Shown here piece by piece: positions 48,991-62,455 of a stretch of DNA of 64,000 nucleotides (position 1 is its first letter; each line of letters starts with the position of its first letter). The translations under genes were made by a program, and so were the position numbers. This DNA comes from Callorhinchus milii (taxonomy: Eukaryota): positions 31,436,001 to 31,500,000 of the forward strand of contig NW_024704743.1 of the NCBI RefSeq assembly GCF_018977255.1, written 5' to 3'. The notes beneath the pieces were generated by a model, which was given only the letters and a program-made list of their open reading frames with translations, did no database searches and was not told where the DNA came from.

Positions 48991-51134
48991 CTTTAGCCAC
49001 CCACCCTGGAAAACCCTTGTACAGATGAGTTTGTGGGACATTTTTTTTTAAATCCACGCCCCCCCNACATAAGCTTGAATATTGTAGAAGATTCCCTTCG
49101 ATCTCATCTGTTGCCAGTTTCCTTATTTTTTTCCGTCAGACCTTACAAAGAGCAACCCCAGTGAGAATACAGAAAGCATTATTTATGTAAAATATATAAA
49201 TCCTATTAATAATCCTTGCATTTGATGTAACGTCTTTCATACCAGGAGAACACCCCAGTGAATCTGTTTATTAGGCAAATGAGCAGGCAATTTGTGCATG
49301 CTCAAAAATTGCAGTAACAACTTTGCAGTGTAATTTCCTGGTGTTCCGGCAAACTAACGTGACCAAGATAAATTGGTCAATTAGTTCCCGCCTGTTTGTG
49401 GCACATATGCTGTGTGGTTGGTTGCCTATAAATACAATCTGATTGACAGCATTACCCGTTTCGTACCTTTGATGTTATGGATGCTATATTAAATCCAATC
49501 ATAGGATCATAGAATTATATAGCACTAAAGGAGGCCATTCGGCCCATCGTGTCTGTGCCGGCTCTTTGAAAAGATCTACCCAAAGCAATCCCATTCCCCC
49601 GCTTTCTCCATAACCCTGCAAGCTTGTCCTCCCTAAATAATTATCTATCCTCCCCAATGATTATTATATTACATTATATTATCCAAGGAATGGACAGGCA
49701 TTTTTTTTTGGCCAACCTCTACATTCGTTCTGGAAAAAACCTTGCTCTTGACTCTTCTGCTACATTTTGTCACCTTCAGTCTTCTCACAAACCCCAGGTC
49801 TGATCTGGAATTAAATATTCACTTTTCAATGAACCTTCTCAATTGTGGAATATTACTTGAAAAGAATTCCTCTTTATTGGCCTCTTAGCAAATAACTCAT
49901 CTCTCTCCCCAGGCTCTACTGCTTCTTCACTGCAGGTTATTTCTGGTTTCTTAGCGGAAGGAGCACTCATGGGTGGTGCTGAACAGACGATTTATATCCT
50001 TTGGCATGATTTCCTGATGCTCGCCCTTGTTTGCTCACATCTACGTTTTCCAGAGACGTCTTGAGCTTATGTGGCTCTCGGATTGAAGTATGTCGACAGG
50101 TGCTGGCTGCTGTTAAATAGTTTTCCTGGCAGCCTTGTAGTTTGCTGTTTTTTTTCCCCCCAATCACTGACCTCTCTTTCTCGACCAAAGCCATTTCTGC
50201 TTCAGGATTTATGAACGAGCAATGGTGGAGAGGTGGATAGTATAGGTGGATGCTAAAGATTCAAACGGCATAAATTCAAAAACAGAAGAGTTTCTCCGCG
50301 CCAGCAATGCTCTGGACAATATTCACTTAATTATCGCCACATTTGCCAACAAAACCAGTTACTGCATTTGTCCATAATTATGCACTTGAGATTTGAGATA
50401 TTTTGGCGATTTTGAGTTGTCATCTCAAAGAACAAGGAATATGATTAGAATGTGGGCTGGCTAGATGTTTTTGTTCTGTAACGCCCACAATCGCGAATAT
50501 TAAGTGACCTGCCATCAAATATAGGTTTAGGTTTTAATTGATGGCAGAGGTGACATCAGTGCAGTTAGTGTGGCTGGAATTGTGATTTGCGCTCGATTAC
50601 AAGAGCCTAAGCTTCCAGTTCTGGCAGGATGCTCCCCTTCAGTTGGCTCACGTTACAAGAATACATAGGGGGAAGCCGTATGGGAATCACAGACTATGAT
50701 CTTGGGCAACAATCCTCCAGATTAATTGTTCATTCACTTCATAGCAGTTTGTTGAACTTCGCTGTCTTAAATGGCTGCCATGTTTGCTCACAAATAACCT
50801 TCTCCCCCAACTGCACTTGACAATAATTCTCCGTGAAGTGTTTTGAGTCATTTCGGCATAAGACGCTTTTAAAATTCAAGTTCTTCCATTCGCCGAGTTT
50901 GACATTTCGAAGAACAGAACGCAAGCTGGAATTTAACTTTACATTCAGCAGCTGTTGTGCACAGCTTTTGGCCTGTTTCCATACTTCTGGAACTCTTTGG
51001 AACTTTTGGTTGATGTGGAACATTTAACGCCTTATTTTCCCCATCCCTCAACTTCTCCACTGAATAATGCAGTTATGGCAACACACTGCCCTCCCAGCCG
51101 GTCCTACCTCTGTGTGTGTTGTGTGTGTGTTAAC

Positions 51135-51812
51135 TGGCTCAGTTGATGGCAATCTTGCTTATGAGTCAGAAGAATGTAGGTTCAAGCCCCATACTGGGAC
51201 TTTGAACTTGTAGTCAATGCTAATACACCAATGCAGTGTGGGGGAGAGGTGTGTTGATGAAGGTGTCACCCTTCAAATGAGACATTTAAAGTGAGGTACT
51301 GGTGGATGTTAAAGATCCCATGGCACTATTTGTAAAGGCAAAGGAGTTTCTCCCATATCCTGGCCAACAAATCCTGAAATAAAATTGGTCATCACTTCAT
51401 GGCTGTATGTGGGACATTTCTGTGTGCAAATTGTCGACCATGTTCGCCTATTAAAAAAAATACATAGTCACGACACTTTAGAATAAATACAATAAATAAG
51501 TCTCTCTTTACTTTTGTGGGCTGGTGAGATTTCTTTGTTCTGTACCACTGCCTGAGAGCCCCAGCTCACAATAGTGAGTATTAAGTGACCTGCTGGTTGG
51601 TAGTCGATTGGCAGATCGCTTTTCCAGAGGTAATAATCCCTTTTTTTTAAAAAAAAGAAAAAATGTGGTCACTCAATCCACGACTGTTTGTGGGGCACTG
51701 CTGTGCACATTGGCTGCTGCGTTTCACCCTCAAAACATACAGTCAATTCACTTTACAGTATATTCTCGAAGACATGATAAGGTGCTATATCAAATGTAAA
51801 GATTATTATTAT
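51135..51812 (+). mobile_element. SacSINE1-like copy (~51135-51460) followed by a truncated SINE (~51590-51812)
   Basis: Shared motifs with other copies in the window. Confidence 0.8.
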
Positions 51813-51814
51813 AA

Positions 51815-52620
51815 CAACAACATCTTGCATTTATACCTTCACACAAGGTAGTATCTCAGAGCACTTAACAGTTGTGGAGATTGATGCTGAGCCAGGGACA
51901 GGTGAAGGTGACCATAGGCATCGTCAAAAAGGAAGGTCTTCAGGCATGATCTGAAGACCAGCGAGGTGGAGGAATTGACATAGAGCGTTCCATAGTTTTG
52001 GGGTGCAGTGACTTGAAAGCACTGAAGGCTGCCAGTGGTATGAAGTGAAAGATTCAAGGGACATGCAGGAAAACGTAGCAAATTGAGCAAAGCAGGTAGT
52101 TAGTGGAGTGGGGTATAAGCAGGTCAGAGTGGTCGGGAGGTGTCAGGGCATGAAATGAATCATGCATGAGTTGAGGATCTTGAAATCGATCCATTCTGCA
52201 ATCGGGAACCAGTGGAGCCTGACAAGGACTGGGGTGATCAAGGTACGGAGTTTGGTGCGAGTGAGGATGCTGGCGGCAGTTTTGAATTAATTGGATTTTA
52301 TGAGTAGCGGAGCTGGGGATACCAGCGAGGAGGGCACTGGAAAAATTGAGGGTTTCGGCTTTGTTGGGGATGAGGACAATGAGGTGGAGAAAAGCGGTCG
52401 TGGCTGGGGATGGGATGTGGGATAGGAAAGACAGCTGGGGATTAAACCTGACACCTAGGTTGCACACAGATTTGGTAAGTCTGGAGGATAGGCCGGGGAG
52501 GTTAAGAAGGTCAGAGCCGCAGGAAAGATGTTGATGGGAGCCAGGGAGTATGGCTTCTGTCTCGTCAACATTCAGCTGCAGAAAGTTGGCCCTCATTCAG
52601 GCCTTGATGCCTGACAACAA
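51815..52620 (-). mobile_element. L2 3' remnant
   Basis: MRANFLQLNVDETE...NLGVRFNPQLSF. Confidence 0.88.
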
Positions 52621-54044
52621 GAGTACAGAGTATCGGTGGACCTGGGATGTAAGAATTATTGTTTAAGGATTATTTACCTCTCAGCTACCAGCTACCTCTC
52701 CAGCCTCTGAGTCTGGAAGAGGTGTTCGTTGAGAGGGAAGCATCCTACTGCAATGTGTGCTACGTTTTCACTCTTGTGCTGGATCATTGTTAATGGTTTC
52801 TGTGACCTCTCATGAGATGAGGGTTGAAAACAACCACTGGACCCATGGGACAGCAAAAAAAACTGTCACAAGAGCAAATGTTTTCCTTTGTGTTTGCACC
52901 AACCAGTGAAAACATGATACTTGTAGCAGGATTCACTAACTGGTAACCACAGCTGTATTAGTAGCTCCAACAGTAGATTGTGTCAGATTGCAATGACAAA
53001 CATCTAGTTATCAGCAACTGTGACTCCTATTTATGAATACCAGGTGTTAGACCTTATTATTAGCCAGATAGAAAGGGAATGCTCTCAACAACAATAACAA
53101 CTTGCATTTATATAGCGCTCCTCGTGCAGGGTAGTGTCGCAGAGCGCTTGACTGGGGCGGAGCACGAGGCCAAGCTGGGGGGAGTGGGAAGGTGATTATA
53201 GGCACAGTAGAAGAGAAAGCCTTTCTTTTCTCTAATAATAACAATCCTTACAGTTGAAAGTGGCCTTATTTCGTCATCGAAACGCCTCATAGCACTTTGT
53301 GGATTGTAAAGGAGACTTGGGTCCAAATCTAAAAGCATCTGCATTGAAATCCAAATAACTGATACTTCAGGTGACAGGTGGCATTTAGTCACAACACAAT
53401 CACACTCAGATATACGTCACAATGCTTTTGTACCAAAAACTTTGTGACCACAAGAAGCGCTCTGGGACGCTACGCTGGGTACAACTTGCTATATACATGC
53501 AAGTTGTTGTTAGTGGTGCTTTCTATTCAATCATTAAACCAGCATTCTATATGTACTTGTAAATGCATTTGGAGACAACACATTTGGATTTGCATTTCAA
53601 TGCAGCTAAAGAAGGAAGCATTTGGTTTGCATTGGTAACATTATAGGGCATTTGCATTCAAACGCATTTGAACCCAAGTCTGAGAGTAGTGACTGTACAG
53701 TACTATTGTACTATTGGACGTAGGGTATGAACCTACAACCATCTGCCTTCAGAGAATACTACCAACCGACAAATAGGCTGACAAATATGCCTTTACAAAC
53801 AGCCGCTTTAAGTTTATTCAGGTTACAAAATTGATGCACTGCCAATGTTTTGTTTTGGTGATACTGTTCTTGGCAACAAAACGTATGTGTTATCAGATTT
53901 TAAGAGGCATAATTGGCCAAGGTTATATTTAAAGGTTGAGGAAGGTTTGGGAAAGTTATCAAATTATAATAATAATATAATAATATAATAATAATAATCC
54001 TTGCATTTGATGCATTTTAATTAGATTTACCAAGTAACCTATAA

Positions 54045-54455
54045 AATAATAATAATCCTTACATTTATATATGTCTTTCACATCGGAAGGACGTCTCAAA
54101 GTACTTCACAGGATATACTGTAAACTGTAGCAACTATATGTTTGGTGGGTGAACAAGGCACATAACAATGTCCCATAAACAGCCGTAAAGTGATGACTAG
54201 TTTTATTTGGGGGATTGCTGGCCAGAGCTCCGGGAGAAACTCTTATCTCTTTTCGAATAGTACCCTGGATCTGAAAAGACAGACAAGATCTCGGTTAACA
54301 TTTCATCCAAAGAAAGGAACCTCCAAAAATGGAGCACACCCCCAGCACTGCATTCGAGTTTCAGTGTAGACTATATAAGTTCCAAATCCCAACATGTGGC
54401 TTGAGCCAATAACTTCTGACTCAGAGGCAAGAGTGCTACCAACTGAGCCATACTG
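54045..54455 (-). mobile_element. SacSINE1-like copy
   Basis: Minus-strand head GGCTCAGTTGGTAGCACTCTTGCCTCTGAGTCAGAAG. Confidence 0.8.
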
Positions 54456-55659
54456 ACGTACATATTGTACATATGCGGAATAATGATACATTTATAGTTG
54501 TGCTGGGAAATTCATTACGTCTCACAAGGTTACTGTATTTTGTAGGTGAACTTCAAGTACAATTGAAATATTCAAAATACAAATCTCTGTACCTCACAAT
54601 TGTCCCCATTATATACTCCGTATCTAACATTGGTCCCTATCGTATTCCTTTACAGTACAAAATTACATTTGTATAGAGCCTTTCATGTCGTGCATTTGTA
54701 TCTCGCACTGGTCCCTATTAAACAAAGACTGAAAAACGTGCAGTCACTGAACTTTACAGTGAGTTCTGTGAAGTGCTTTAAGATGTCCTTCCGACATGAA
54801 AGGTGTTTTAGCAAATGCAAGGATTATTATGTTTGTGGGAAATTCAAGGAATCTTCAATTATACCAGGTTCCTGACATAATATTGGAGCCTTTTTTGTGG
54901 TATTGTTGAACTATAATTAAATTCTATTGAAATACTGTTAATTACTATCATGGTCAGACACGCAATAATTAGCTTGAACGAGCCACAAGAGAGATTTAGC
55001 TTAAAACGAGATTGGTTTTCAAGCTTTGCAATGTGCTGCCACACTGACATAACCTGAAATTCAAGTTGCTGTAATTCAAACAACAACTTTTTTACGTAAA
55101 AATGTAGAATGGAAAGTTGACTCAATTTCATTTGCCAGTTCACAACTAAAAGAAGTACCCGAAGAGGTGAAGGGGAGCTTGTTGTGTGCTGCTCTGTCAT
55201 CACACACTACTTCCCCCATTGTACACCTCAGCATTCCCACTGCTCCTCCTCCTGCACCTGCATAATAATCCTTGCATTTAATGTAGCGCCTTATCACATC
55301 TTTGAGACGTCTCAAAGTGCTTCACAGAAAATACTGTAAAGTGAATTGACTGCATATTTTGTAGGCGATTGAGATTATACACCTCAACTGCCAATCCCTA
55401 CCCATGATACACCTTAACCCTCACTGCTCCACTATTATACACCTCAGCTTTTAACATTGTGTCTGTCATTTTGGATCTGCCTTCAGTCTTGGTGTTTGCT
55501 CTCACATGTAACTCCAGTGGGCAGCCACGCGTTCAGAACTGCTTTAACATAATTTTAAATAAATTTAGGGAAACAAACTGAACTTTCAAAATCAGTGCCT
55601 CAATTTTAATAGAATGATACTTGCACTGATGTCAGCTCATTGCTAAGGCTTCTCTGTAA

Positions 55660-55957
55660 ATGTAGATGAATGTGGCAGTGTACCTGTGCACCATTGTCCC
55701 ACAAAGGCCATGAAGTGAATGACCAATCTTATGGGGAATTGTTAGCCAAGACACCGGGAGAAACTCCCTTCTCTTTTCAAATAGTGCCATGGGACCTTCA
55801 GCATCCACCTCGGGATCTCGGTTTAATGTTTCATCTGAAGGATGCAGTTCCAACAATGAGGCACACCCCAAGCCAAGACTATGAGCTGAAAATCCTGATA
55901 TGAGACTTGAATCCACAACCTTCATACTCTGAGCAGGAGTGCTATTAACTGAGCCAA
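55660..55957 (-). mobile_element. SacSINE1-like copy
   Basis: Same head and body motifs. Confidence 0.78.
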
Positions 55958-56258
55958 TTGTTTCAGGACTTGAAAATCATTATTGGTGTGTCTGGTTACT
56001 TTATCTGGCAGTGGAGTAGTCAGATACATCAATTTCATGTTTTATTTTGTTTGGATTGGTGGTTGATTTTTGTCAGCTAATGCTGTAAGCTGTGCAGCTT
56101 TCATTTAGGGGTTCTCTGTTCCCCAGCCCATGGACAGAAACCTATCAAGTTAACATGTACAATACCAGGCATTATTAATTTGAATTGTGTCTCAGTATTT
56201 ATAAATGTGCTTTGCATCTTCTATTTTCCACTGATATATTTCTTTCAATTTCCAATAG

Positions 56259-56313
56259 GGATGGGACGAAAAGAAGAGGATCTTACTAAAGAACAGAGTC
56301 GCGTTGCTGTTAG
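56259..56313 (+). CDS. MBOAT1: MBOAT1 coding exon 6: MGRKEEDLTKEQSRVAVR
   Basis: caatag|GG ATG...GTT AG|gtagga; 55 nt; matches recalled LGRRAEDLSAEQHRLAIK. Confidence 0.95.
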
Positions 56314-56394
56314 GTAGGAAAAAGAAATTTATGAGTTGACTTCCAAATTTATGAGTTGACTTCCAAATTTATACTTAATTGACAACAGATTTAA

Positions 56395-56635
56395 AAGTTA
56401 ATCGATTGGTGAATAGCTTTGGCGGGGGGTAATAATCCCGTCAAACAAAACAACAAAATAATAATTTGGTCACTCAATCCATGACTGTTTGTATGGCACT
56501 GCTGTGCGCAATTGGTTGCCGCGTTTCGTCCACAAGATATACAGTTATTCACTTTACAGTATATTCTGGGAAGCGCTTTAAGATGTCTCAAAGACATGAT
56601 AAGGCGCTATATCAAATGTAAGGATTATTATTATA
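56395..56635 (+). mobile_element. 5'-truncated SINE
   Basis: Deu segment plus tail. Confidence 0.85.
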
Positions 56636-57463
56636 AAAGGTTTCTTTCAAGTTTGTCGATCACAGCTTGGGTCCTAATATCTGTTTATTCCTATTCTATC
56701 ATTGTCACCAAATCGCTTTGTACTGAGGAAGACTTCATGCCTGATATTTGAGGCCTGAAATATCCCATGTTCTTAGGAGCTGTACAATTGTAAACTAAAC
56801 TGGCCCCCTAAGAAAACCTTCCAGTCCTTCTGATCTCATCTTTTCACAATGCTTTCTTCCACTGCAACGTTAAGCTGTTTCTTAATTGAGTCCAACATCC
56901 ATCAACCACTGTTCCTGATTACAAGTTCAAGGGTGTATTAGTCTCTGTGTATAGAAATACTTCCTGATGTGATTTCTGTTAGAAAATGCCTGCATTTGGA
57001 CATCTGCAACCTAGAAATTCTCTTGGTCCATTGTCTTAAAATATAAGATTATGCAGAATTTGGGGAAATGCTTTCAATTCTGCCTTAATTTGGAAGCCGG
57101 TTTTCGAAAGGTCTTTATGAACGGCAGAAAAGGTTTTCAAATTAAGGTAGAATTTAAGAATCCAGAATTCAGTTTGGATTAAACCCTAAAAATACCCCAA
57201 CTCACATTCTCGACAACCAGTGCCCGAAACATTCGGGAATTAGGTAAGCAGGGTGTGTCCCTCCAGAGAGAGAGTGTGCATTCCATTATATACACTCCAA
57301 TCGGGAATGCTACCAACTGAGCCAGGCTGATAAGCAATAGAGAGAGAATTGCAGCTGCCTAGAATTGGCTGTAAATTGCCCCATTAACAGCATCTACTAA
57401 TCCCCCTGGACACATGTGATTAGCACATGGTGCAAAATAGATCCCATCGTAGAAAATGAGATG

Positions 57464-57640
57464 TACAGTCAAACCTGTTTTCAGTAACCACTTTCGGGAC
57501 AACTAAAGCAGCCTTTTGTAAGGATTTTGTTGACACCTTACTACATTAAAAAAATTCACCTGTGTTTAGATCAATCAGGACTGTTCCAGAGTGGTGGTTG
57601 ATAGCAGGCGGTTGCTAAGTAGAGGTGGTTGCTTTCACAG
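57464..57640. mobile_element. pogo/Tigger-like MITE remnant
   Basis: Starts TACAGTCAAACCTGTTTTCAGTAACCAC; repeated GTGGTTG motifs and a partial inverted end GTGGTTGCTTTCACAGG. Confidence 0.5.
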
Positions 57641-57699
57641 GAACCAAAATATGACGCAACAGTCTGGTGGAACAATCTATATCTCGGTTATAGTTATAA

Positions 57700-57880
57700 T
57701 AATAATAATAATCCTTGCATTTGATATAGTGCCTTATCATGTCTTTGAGACTTCTCAAAGCGCTTCAAGCAATATACTATAAAGGGAATTTGACTGTCTA
57801 ATTTTGTGGGCGAAACGCGGCAGCCAATTGCGCACAGCAATATCCCACAAACAGTGGTGAATTGAGTGGCCAAATTATTT
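57700..57880 (-). mobile_element. 5'-truncated SINE
   Basis: Deu segment plus tail. Confidence 0.85.
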
Positions 57881-58230
57881 TATTTTTTATTTTTGGAATG
57901 GCTACGGTGCTGGGGAGGAGGTGGCGTTAACTTTCATCTTTTTTTCTTTTTTTTCTAATCCAATTCACAGAGGATCCACCATTTGTTGGCTGTGTTGGAA
58001 TCCTCAGAGCCGTGCTTCTCATTTGATAGGTTGTGACCCAGTTCTCCACAAGATCCTATGTTAACCCAAGATAGAATGCTCTCCAGTGAATGGATTGGAT
58101 CACAAAACTAGTGAACGTTTCACTGCTCCCAATTACAAATAAGTAACCGAATGGACCCCAAAGCCGTTGCTTGCTTTCTTAAATTTAATTTAATTTCTCT
58201 TTTTCTTCCCCCATTTTCTTCTATTTACAG

Positions 58231-58414
58231 AGTAAGGCCTACCTTTCTACAGTATTGCAGCTACCATCTGAATTTTCTAAGTATTTTGGCTGGGCCTACT
58301 AGTAATTACAAGGACTATATTGCTTTTATTGAAGGAAGCCATATAAACATGAAGCTGCTGGAAATTAACTGGAAAAAAAAAGGCTATAGAACACTCCCAG
58401 ATCCTTCTCCATTG
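58231..58414 (+). CDS. MBOAT1: MBOAT1 coding exon 7: VRPTFLQYCSYHLNFLSILAGP...KLLEINWKKKGYRTLPDPSPL
   Basis: tttacag|A GTA...CCA TTG|gtacgt; 184 nt. KLLE.NWK.KG favours MBOAT1 over MBOAT2. Confidence 0.97.
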
Positions 58415-59252
58415 GTACGTATAGAGGAGAAGTTGGCAGGGTTGAGTGAGAGAGAATGTTTAGGGAATGCCACTATCCCAAATGAAAAGTGGGTTTATGG
58501 GGGAATTGCAGACTTTGTTGAAGGGAACCTGCAACAAGAACAGAATATAGTTCAGATATTATTAATCCGGAAGGTTTAGATTGTTTTATATTGGACAAAT
58601 AATCCAGCAATCATCTTTAGTTTACTGCTGCTTTGAAGTGAAGGAAAAGCTCCTGTTATCCCAAGATGCTCCTTGAAAACTATGAAAGTGGAACATGTGA
58701 TGTTCCCACTCGGTCTGTCATTCAATGGGAGACACCAGAATAACAAGCTCTCTAACTAAGATTTACGTTTTAACATATCACTTCCACTTTCTTTATTTGA
58801 CAGTTCAGTGTTTACATGGCTAACCAAATGCATTGGCTGAAGAACCTGTTGATTGACTTGACCCGAATGCTAGCACCCAAGTGCCGATCTATGGCAGAGA
58901 TTTCCATATCTAAAGAACTATTGTTTTAAAACCAATTACATTGTTAGTACATTTGAACATTTGAATGCCACATGCGTTGATATCAAATTAAAACAATTTG
59001 CGTTCAATTTGCGTTCTTTGCCATGTCCCTTTCTGCCTTCCCCTACCTCCGCAACATTGCCTGCCTCCACCAATAACCTCTTCCCTCACTGCTTTTGAAC
59101 CTATGACAAAAAAAACTTGATTTTAAATTGTGCCTTTAAACTTGCTGTTTTGTCCTATATCCAAATGCTTAAGTCACTTGTGGTAGGAATATGCTGGATT
59201 CCATGAAAACCTCACCTACTTTCTGTGTTTTTTTTTCTTTGTACTTTTCCAG

Positions 59253-59445
59253 AGAGCTGTAGTGCAAAAAGTGGCTATCACAGTTGTGTGTGCACTTCTG
59301 TTTTTGAGCATTTCGAAGAAATTTCCCATCTCGTATGTCAGTGATGAGAACTTTGTGCGTGAAGCCTCGTTCTTCTCCAGAATCAGCTATCTGATCATCT
59401 CAATCAACGCCGTCAGGCCAAAGTACTACTTTGCATGGACTTTAG
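59253..59445 (+). CDS. MBOAT1: MBOAT1 coding exon 8: RAVVQKVAIT...RPKYYFAWTL
   Basis: ttccag|AGA...TTA G|gttaga; 193 nt; KYYFAW motif. Confidence 0.97.
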
Positions 59446-59634
59446 GTTAGAGTTGAAGTGATGTGTTTCCTCTCATGCCTTTTAATCACTCTATACTGCG
59501 GCTTTTTTAACACTAACTCAAGTGGCACGAAATCGCCGCCTTTAGTTTCATGAATCATTCAACTACAGAGGAAGAAGTTTATTCCAAAATGCAATATCTC
59601 CAACAAAGCATGACTGTCATTCTGTTTACAGAAA

Positions 59635-59810
59635 TAATAATCCTTGCACTTTTGATATAGCGCCTTATCACGCCTTTGAGACGTCAAAAGCGCTTCACAG
59701 AATATACTGTAAAGTGAATTGACTGTATATTTTGTGGGCAAAACACGGCAGACGATTGTGCATAGCCGTGTCCCACTGACAGTGGTGGATAGAACGATCA
59801 AATTATTATT
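59635..59810 (-). mobile_element. 5'-truncated SINE
   Basis: Deu segment plus tail. Confidence 0.85.
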
Positions 59811-60284
59811 ATTTTGTTGTTTGGCAGTACATGGTGCAGTTTATGGTGGTCATGTCAACCTACGTCATCGCGCTTTATTCCAGTAGGAATCTCTATTTGT
59901 GAGTCCAGTTACAGATCTCCCCATCTTGCAGCCCAGGGCCTCTGATCTGTTTTGGTCAGCCAAGGAAACCAAGGAGGAGTGACACATTAGCTTAGGAAAA
60001 TAAGCTATGATGTGGATAACCAGGAACTGTGAGGAATAGTGGATTCCCCGCTGCATACCCAGTTTACATCAGCGGCAGTTGCTCTTGCACTGATTTGCTG
60101 CTTTCAACAGTAGAAATTTATCAACCCTAACATCAACAACAACAACTTGCATTTATATGGCGCCCATCAGGCTGGGTAGCGCTTATAAGGACCCAGTTGA
60201 TGTGTAGAGCTACGCAAAGTTGAATTTGTTTATTGGAGGAAAGGGGACGTAACCCAATGTGTGGGGTAGAGGAGGGGTGGGGCA

Positions 60285-61270
60285 GCAACAGCAATTTATA
60301 TAGCGCTGTTCACGTGGGGTGACGTCCAGGAGCGCTTGACAGTGGCGGAGTCTGATCCCAAGCCAGGGAGAGAGGGAGAGGGGAGGTGACCATAAGCACG
60401 ATCAAAAAGGAAGGTCTTCAGGCGGGTTTTGGACGTGGGGAGAGAGGGGGCAAGGCGGTGGGATTGCGAGAGAGAGTTCCAAATTTTTGGGGGGTAGTGG
60501 CTGAAGGTATGGCCACCGATAGTGGGATGGAGGGGATGAGGAACAAACAGGAGTCCAGTGGCAGTGCGTGGTGGAGTTGGGGGCGGTAGGAGGCTAAGCA
60601 GGTCAGAAAGGTAGGGAGGTATGAGGGCATGAAGGGATTTGAAAACGAGTGAGAGGATCTTGAAATCGATCTGTGCGGTAATTGGGAGCCGGTGGAGTCT
60701 GGCAAGGACTGGTGTGATGGGGGTACAGAGTTTTGTGTGGGTGGCAGAGTTTTGAATATTATGTAACGTGGACTTGGGGAGACCAGCGAGGAGGGCATTG
60801 GAATAGTCCGGCCAGGAAGGTGTGGACGAGAGTTTTGGCTGCTTTGGTTGTGCCTTGGGACGTCCTCTCCGTTTATACAATTTATACAAATGTAATCTTG
60901 TTGTTGTTGTTGTGAGGTACAGACGAGGCGGGCAATGTGATTGTGTTGTAAAAAAGCGGTTCTGGTCAGGGAATGGACGTGGGGTAGAAAGGAAAGCTGG
61001 GGATCGAACCTGACGCCTAAATTGTACACGGGTTCAATGAGTCTGAGGGAGAGCCCAGGGAGGTTGAAGAGTTCAGACCCACATGGCTTCTGTCTCGCTG
61101 ACATTCAGATGCAGGAAATTTGCGCTCATCCAGGCATTGATGTCTGTCCAACAAGCTGACAGGACATCAGCGGACTGGGAGTCGCAGCTGGAGGAAAAGA
61201 AGTAAATTTGGGTGTCATCTGCATACATGTGCCTGGAGGAGGTATTGGGATGGAGGAATATTGTGAGGTA
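60285..61270 (-). mobile_element. L2 RT/3' remnant with a short antiparallel L2 tail at ~60845-60912
   Basis: HMYADDTQIY, DYSNALLAGLP and KTRLKTFLFDRAY. Confidence 0.9.
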
Positions 61271-61907
61271 TGGTCCATCATCACTCTTTGCTTCTCTGTT
61301 TGTGCGTGGTCTGTAGCCCACTGTGCACTGTCCTCTGGAAACCTCCTCTAGACCTAACTTGATCTTGCCTCTCTTCCTGGCTTCAAAATCCTCCTTATAA
61401 TTATAGTATCTCTTTGATTCTGCATTTGATCAGCTTCAAATCTCTCCATGTCTGTCACTTCATTTTGTCAAGAGCTTTGATGTTCTTTTATGTGAATGAC
61501 GTTGTAGAAATGGGAGTTGTTGTTGACTTTATGCAAAGTTTGCCCTGAGGAGGGTTATGGGAGGGATCGGGTATACAATAGACTAGATTGTACCAGGTCT
61601 GGGTCTGGGGGAAGGGTCAAATTTGATAGTATCTAATTAGCAATGTCTAATTTAATTCCAACTGTAAATTATTACATTGAAATGTTTACAAAAAATTGAA
61701 GTGAGTAACCAATTTTTTTTCCTTCCAAGAGGAATTTCCTGTATGATATTGTAATCCTAATGAAAAGAAGCAAAAAGTTTGAAAGACTGTTTTGAAAGGA
61801 ATGATTTGTAAAACGTTGGCAACTTTTGGAGGTTTTTGTATCAGTGTGGTAATTTACAGTAATCTTCAGTTTCCTCCAAATGTGTCTGTGTGTGTGTGTG
61901 TGTGTTT

Positions 61908-62455
61908 CAGCCTGGCTCAGTTGGTAGCACTCTCGCCTCCTGAGTTAGAAGGTTGTGGGTTCAAGCCCCATATTGGGATTTTTAACCCATATCATCTGGG
62001 ATAACACGCCAATGCAGTGCTGGGACATGCTGCATTGTTGGAGGTGCCGTCTTTCGGATAAGACGTTAAAACCAGGGCCCATCTGCTTATTCAAATGGAT
62101 GGTAAAGATCCCATAGAACTATTTGAAAAGAGAAGGTAGTTTCCCACGGTGTCCTGGCCAACAAATCCCAAATAAAATTGGTCCCTCATTCCATAGTTGT
62201 TTGTGGGACATTGCTGTGCGAACATTGACTGCCGTGTTTGCCCACATAATATTACAGTCAATTCACTTTACAGTGTATTCTGCTAAACACTTAGAGACAT
62301 TGCAAAGACGTGATAAGGCTTTACATCAAATACAAGGATTATTATTATTGTAAAATACATACAGTCACACCATTCTACAGTATATCCTCTGAAGCACTTT
62401 GAGATGTCTTGACGATGTGATAAGGCTCTATGAAATGCAAGGATTATTATTATAT
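61908..62455 (+). mobile_element. Well-preserved SacSINE1-like DeuSINE with a second tail
   Basis: CAGCCTGGCTCAGTTGGTAGCACTCTCGCCT...GGTTCAAGCCCCA head, GGAGGTGCCGTCTTTCGGAT, Deu segment and two (ATT)n tails. Confidence 0.88.

Noticed and set aside
49066..49066. Single N
   Set aside because: Ambiguous base or gap marker after a C run; it only signals local assembly uncertainty.
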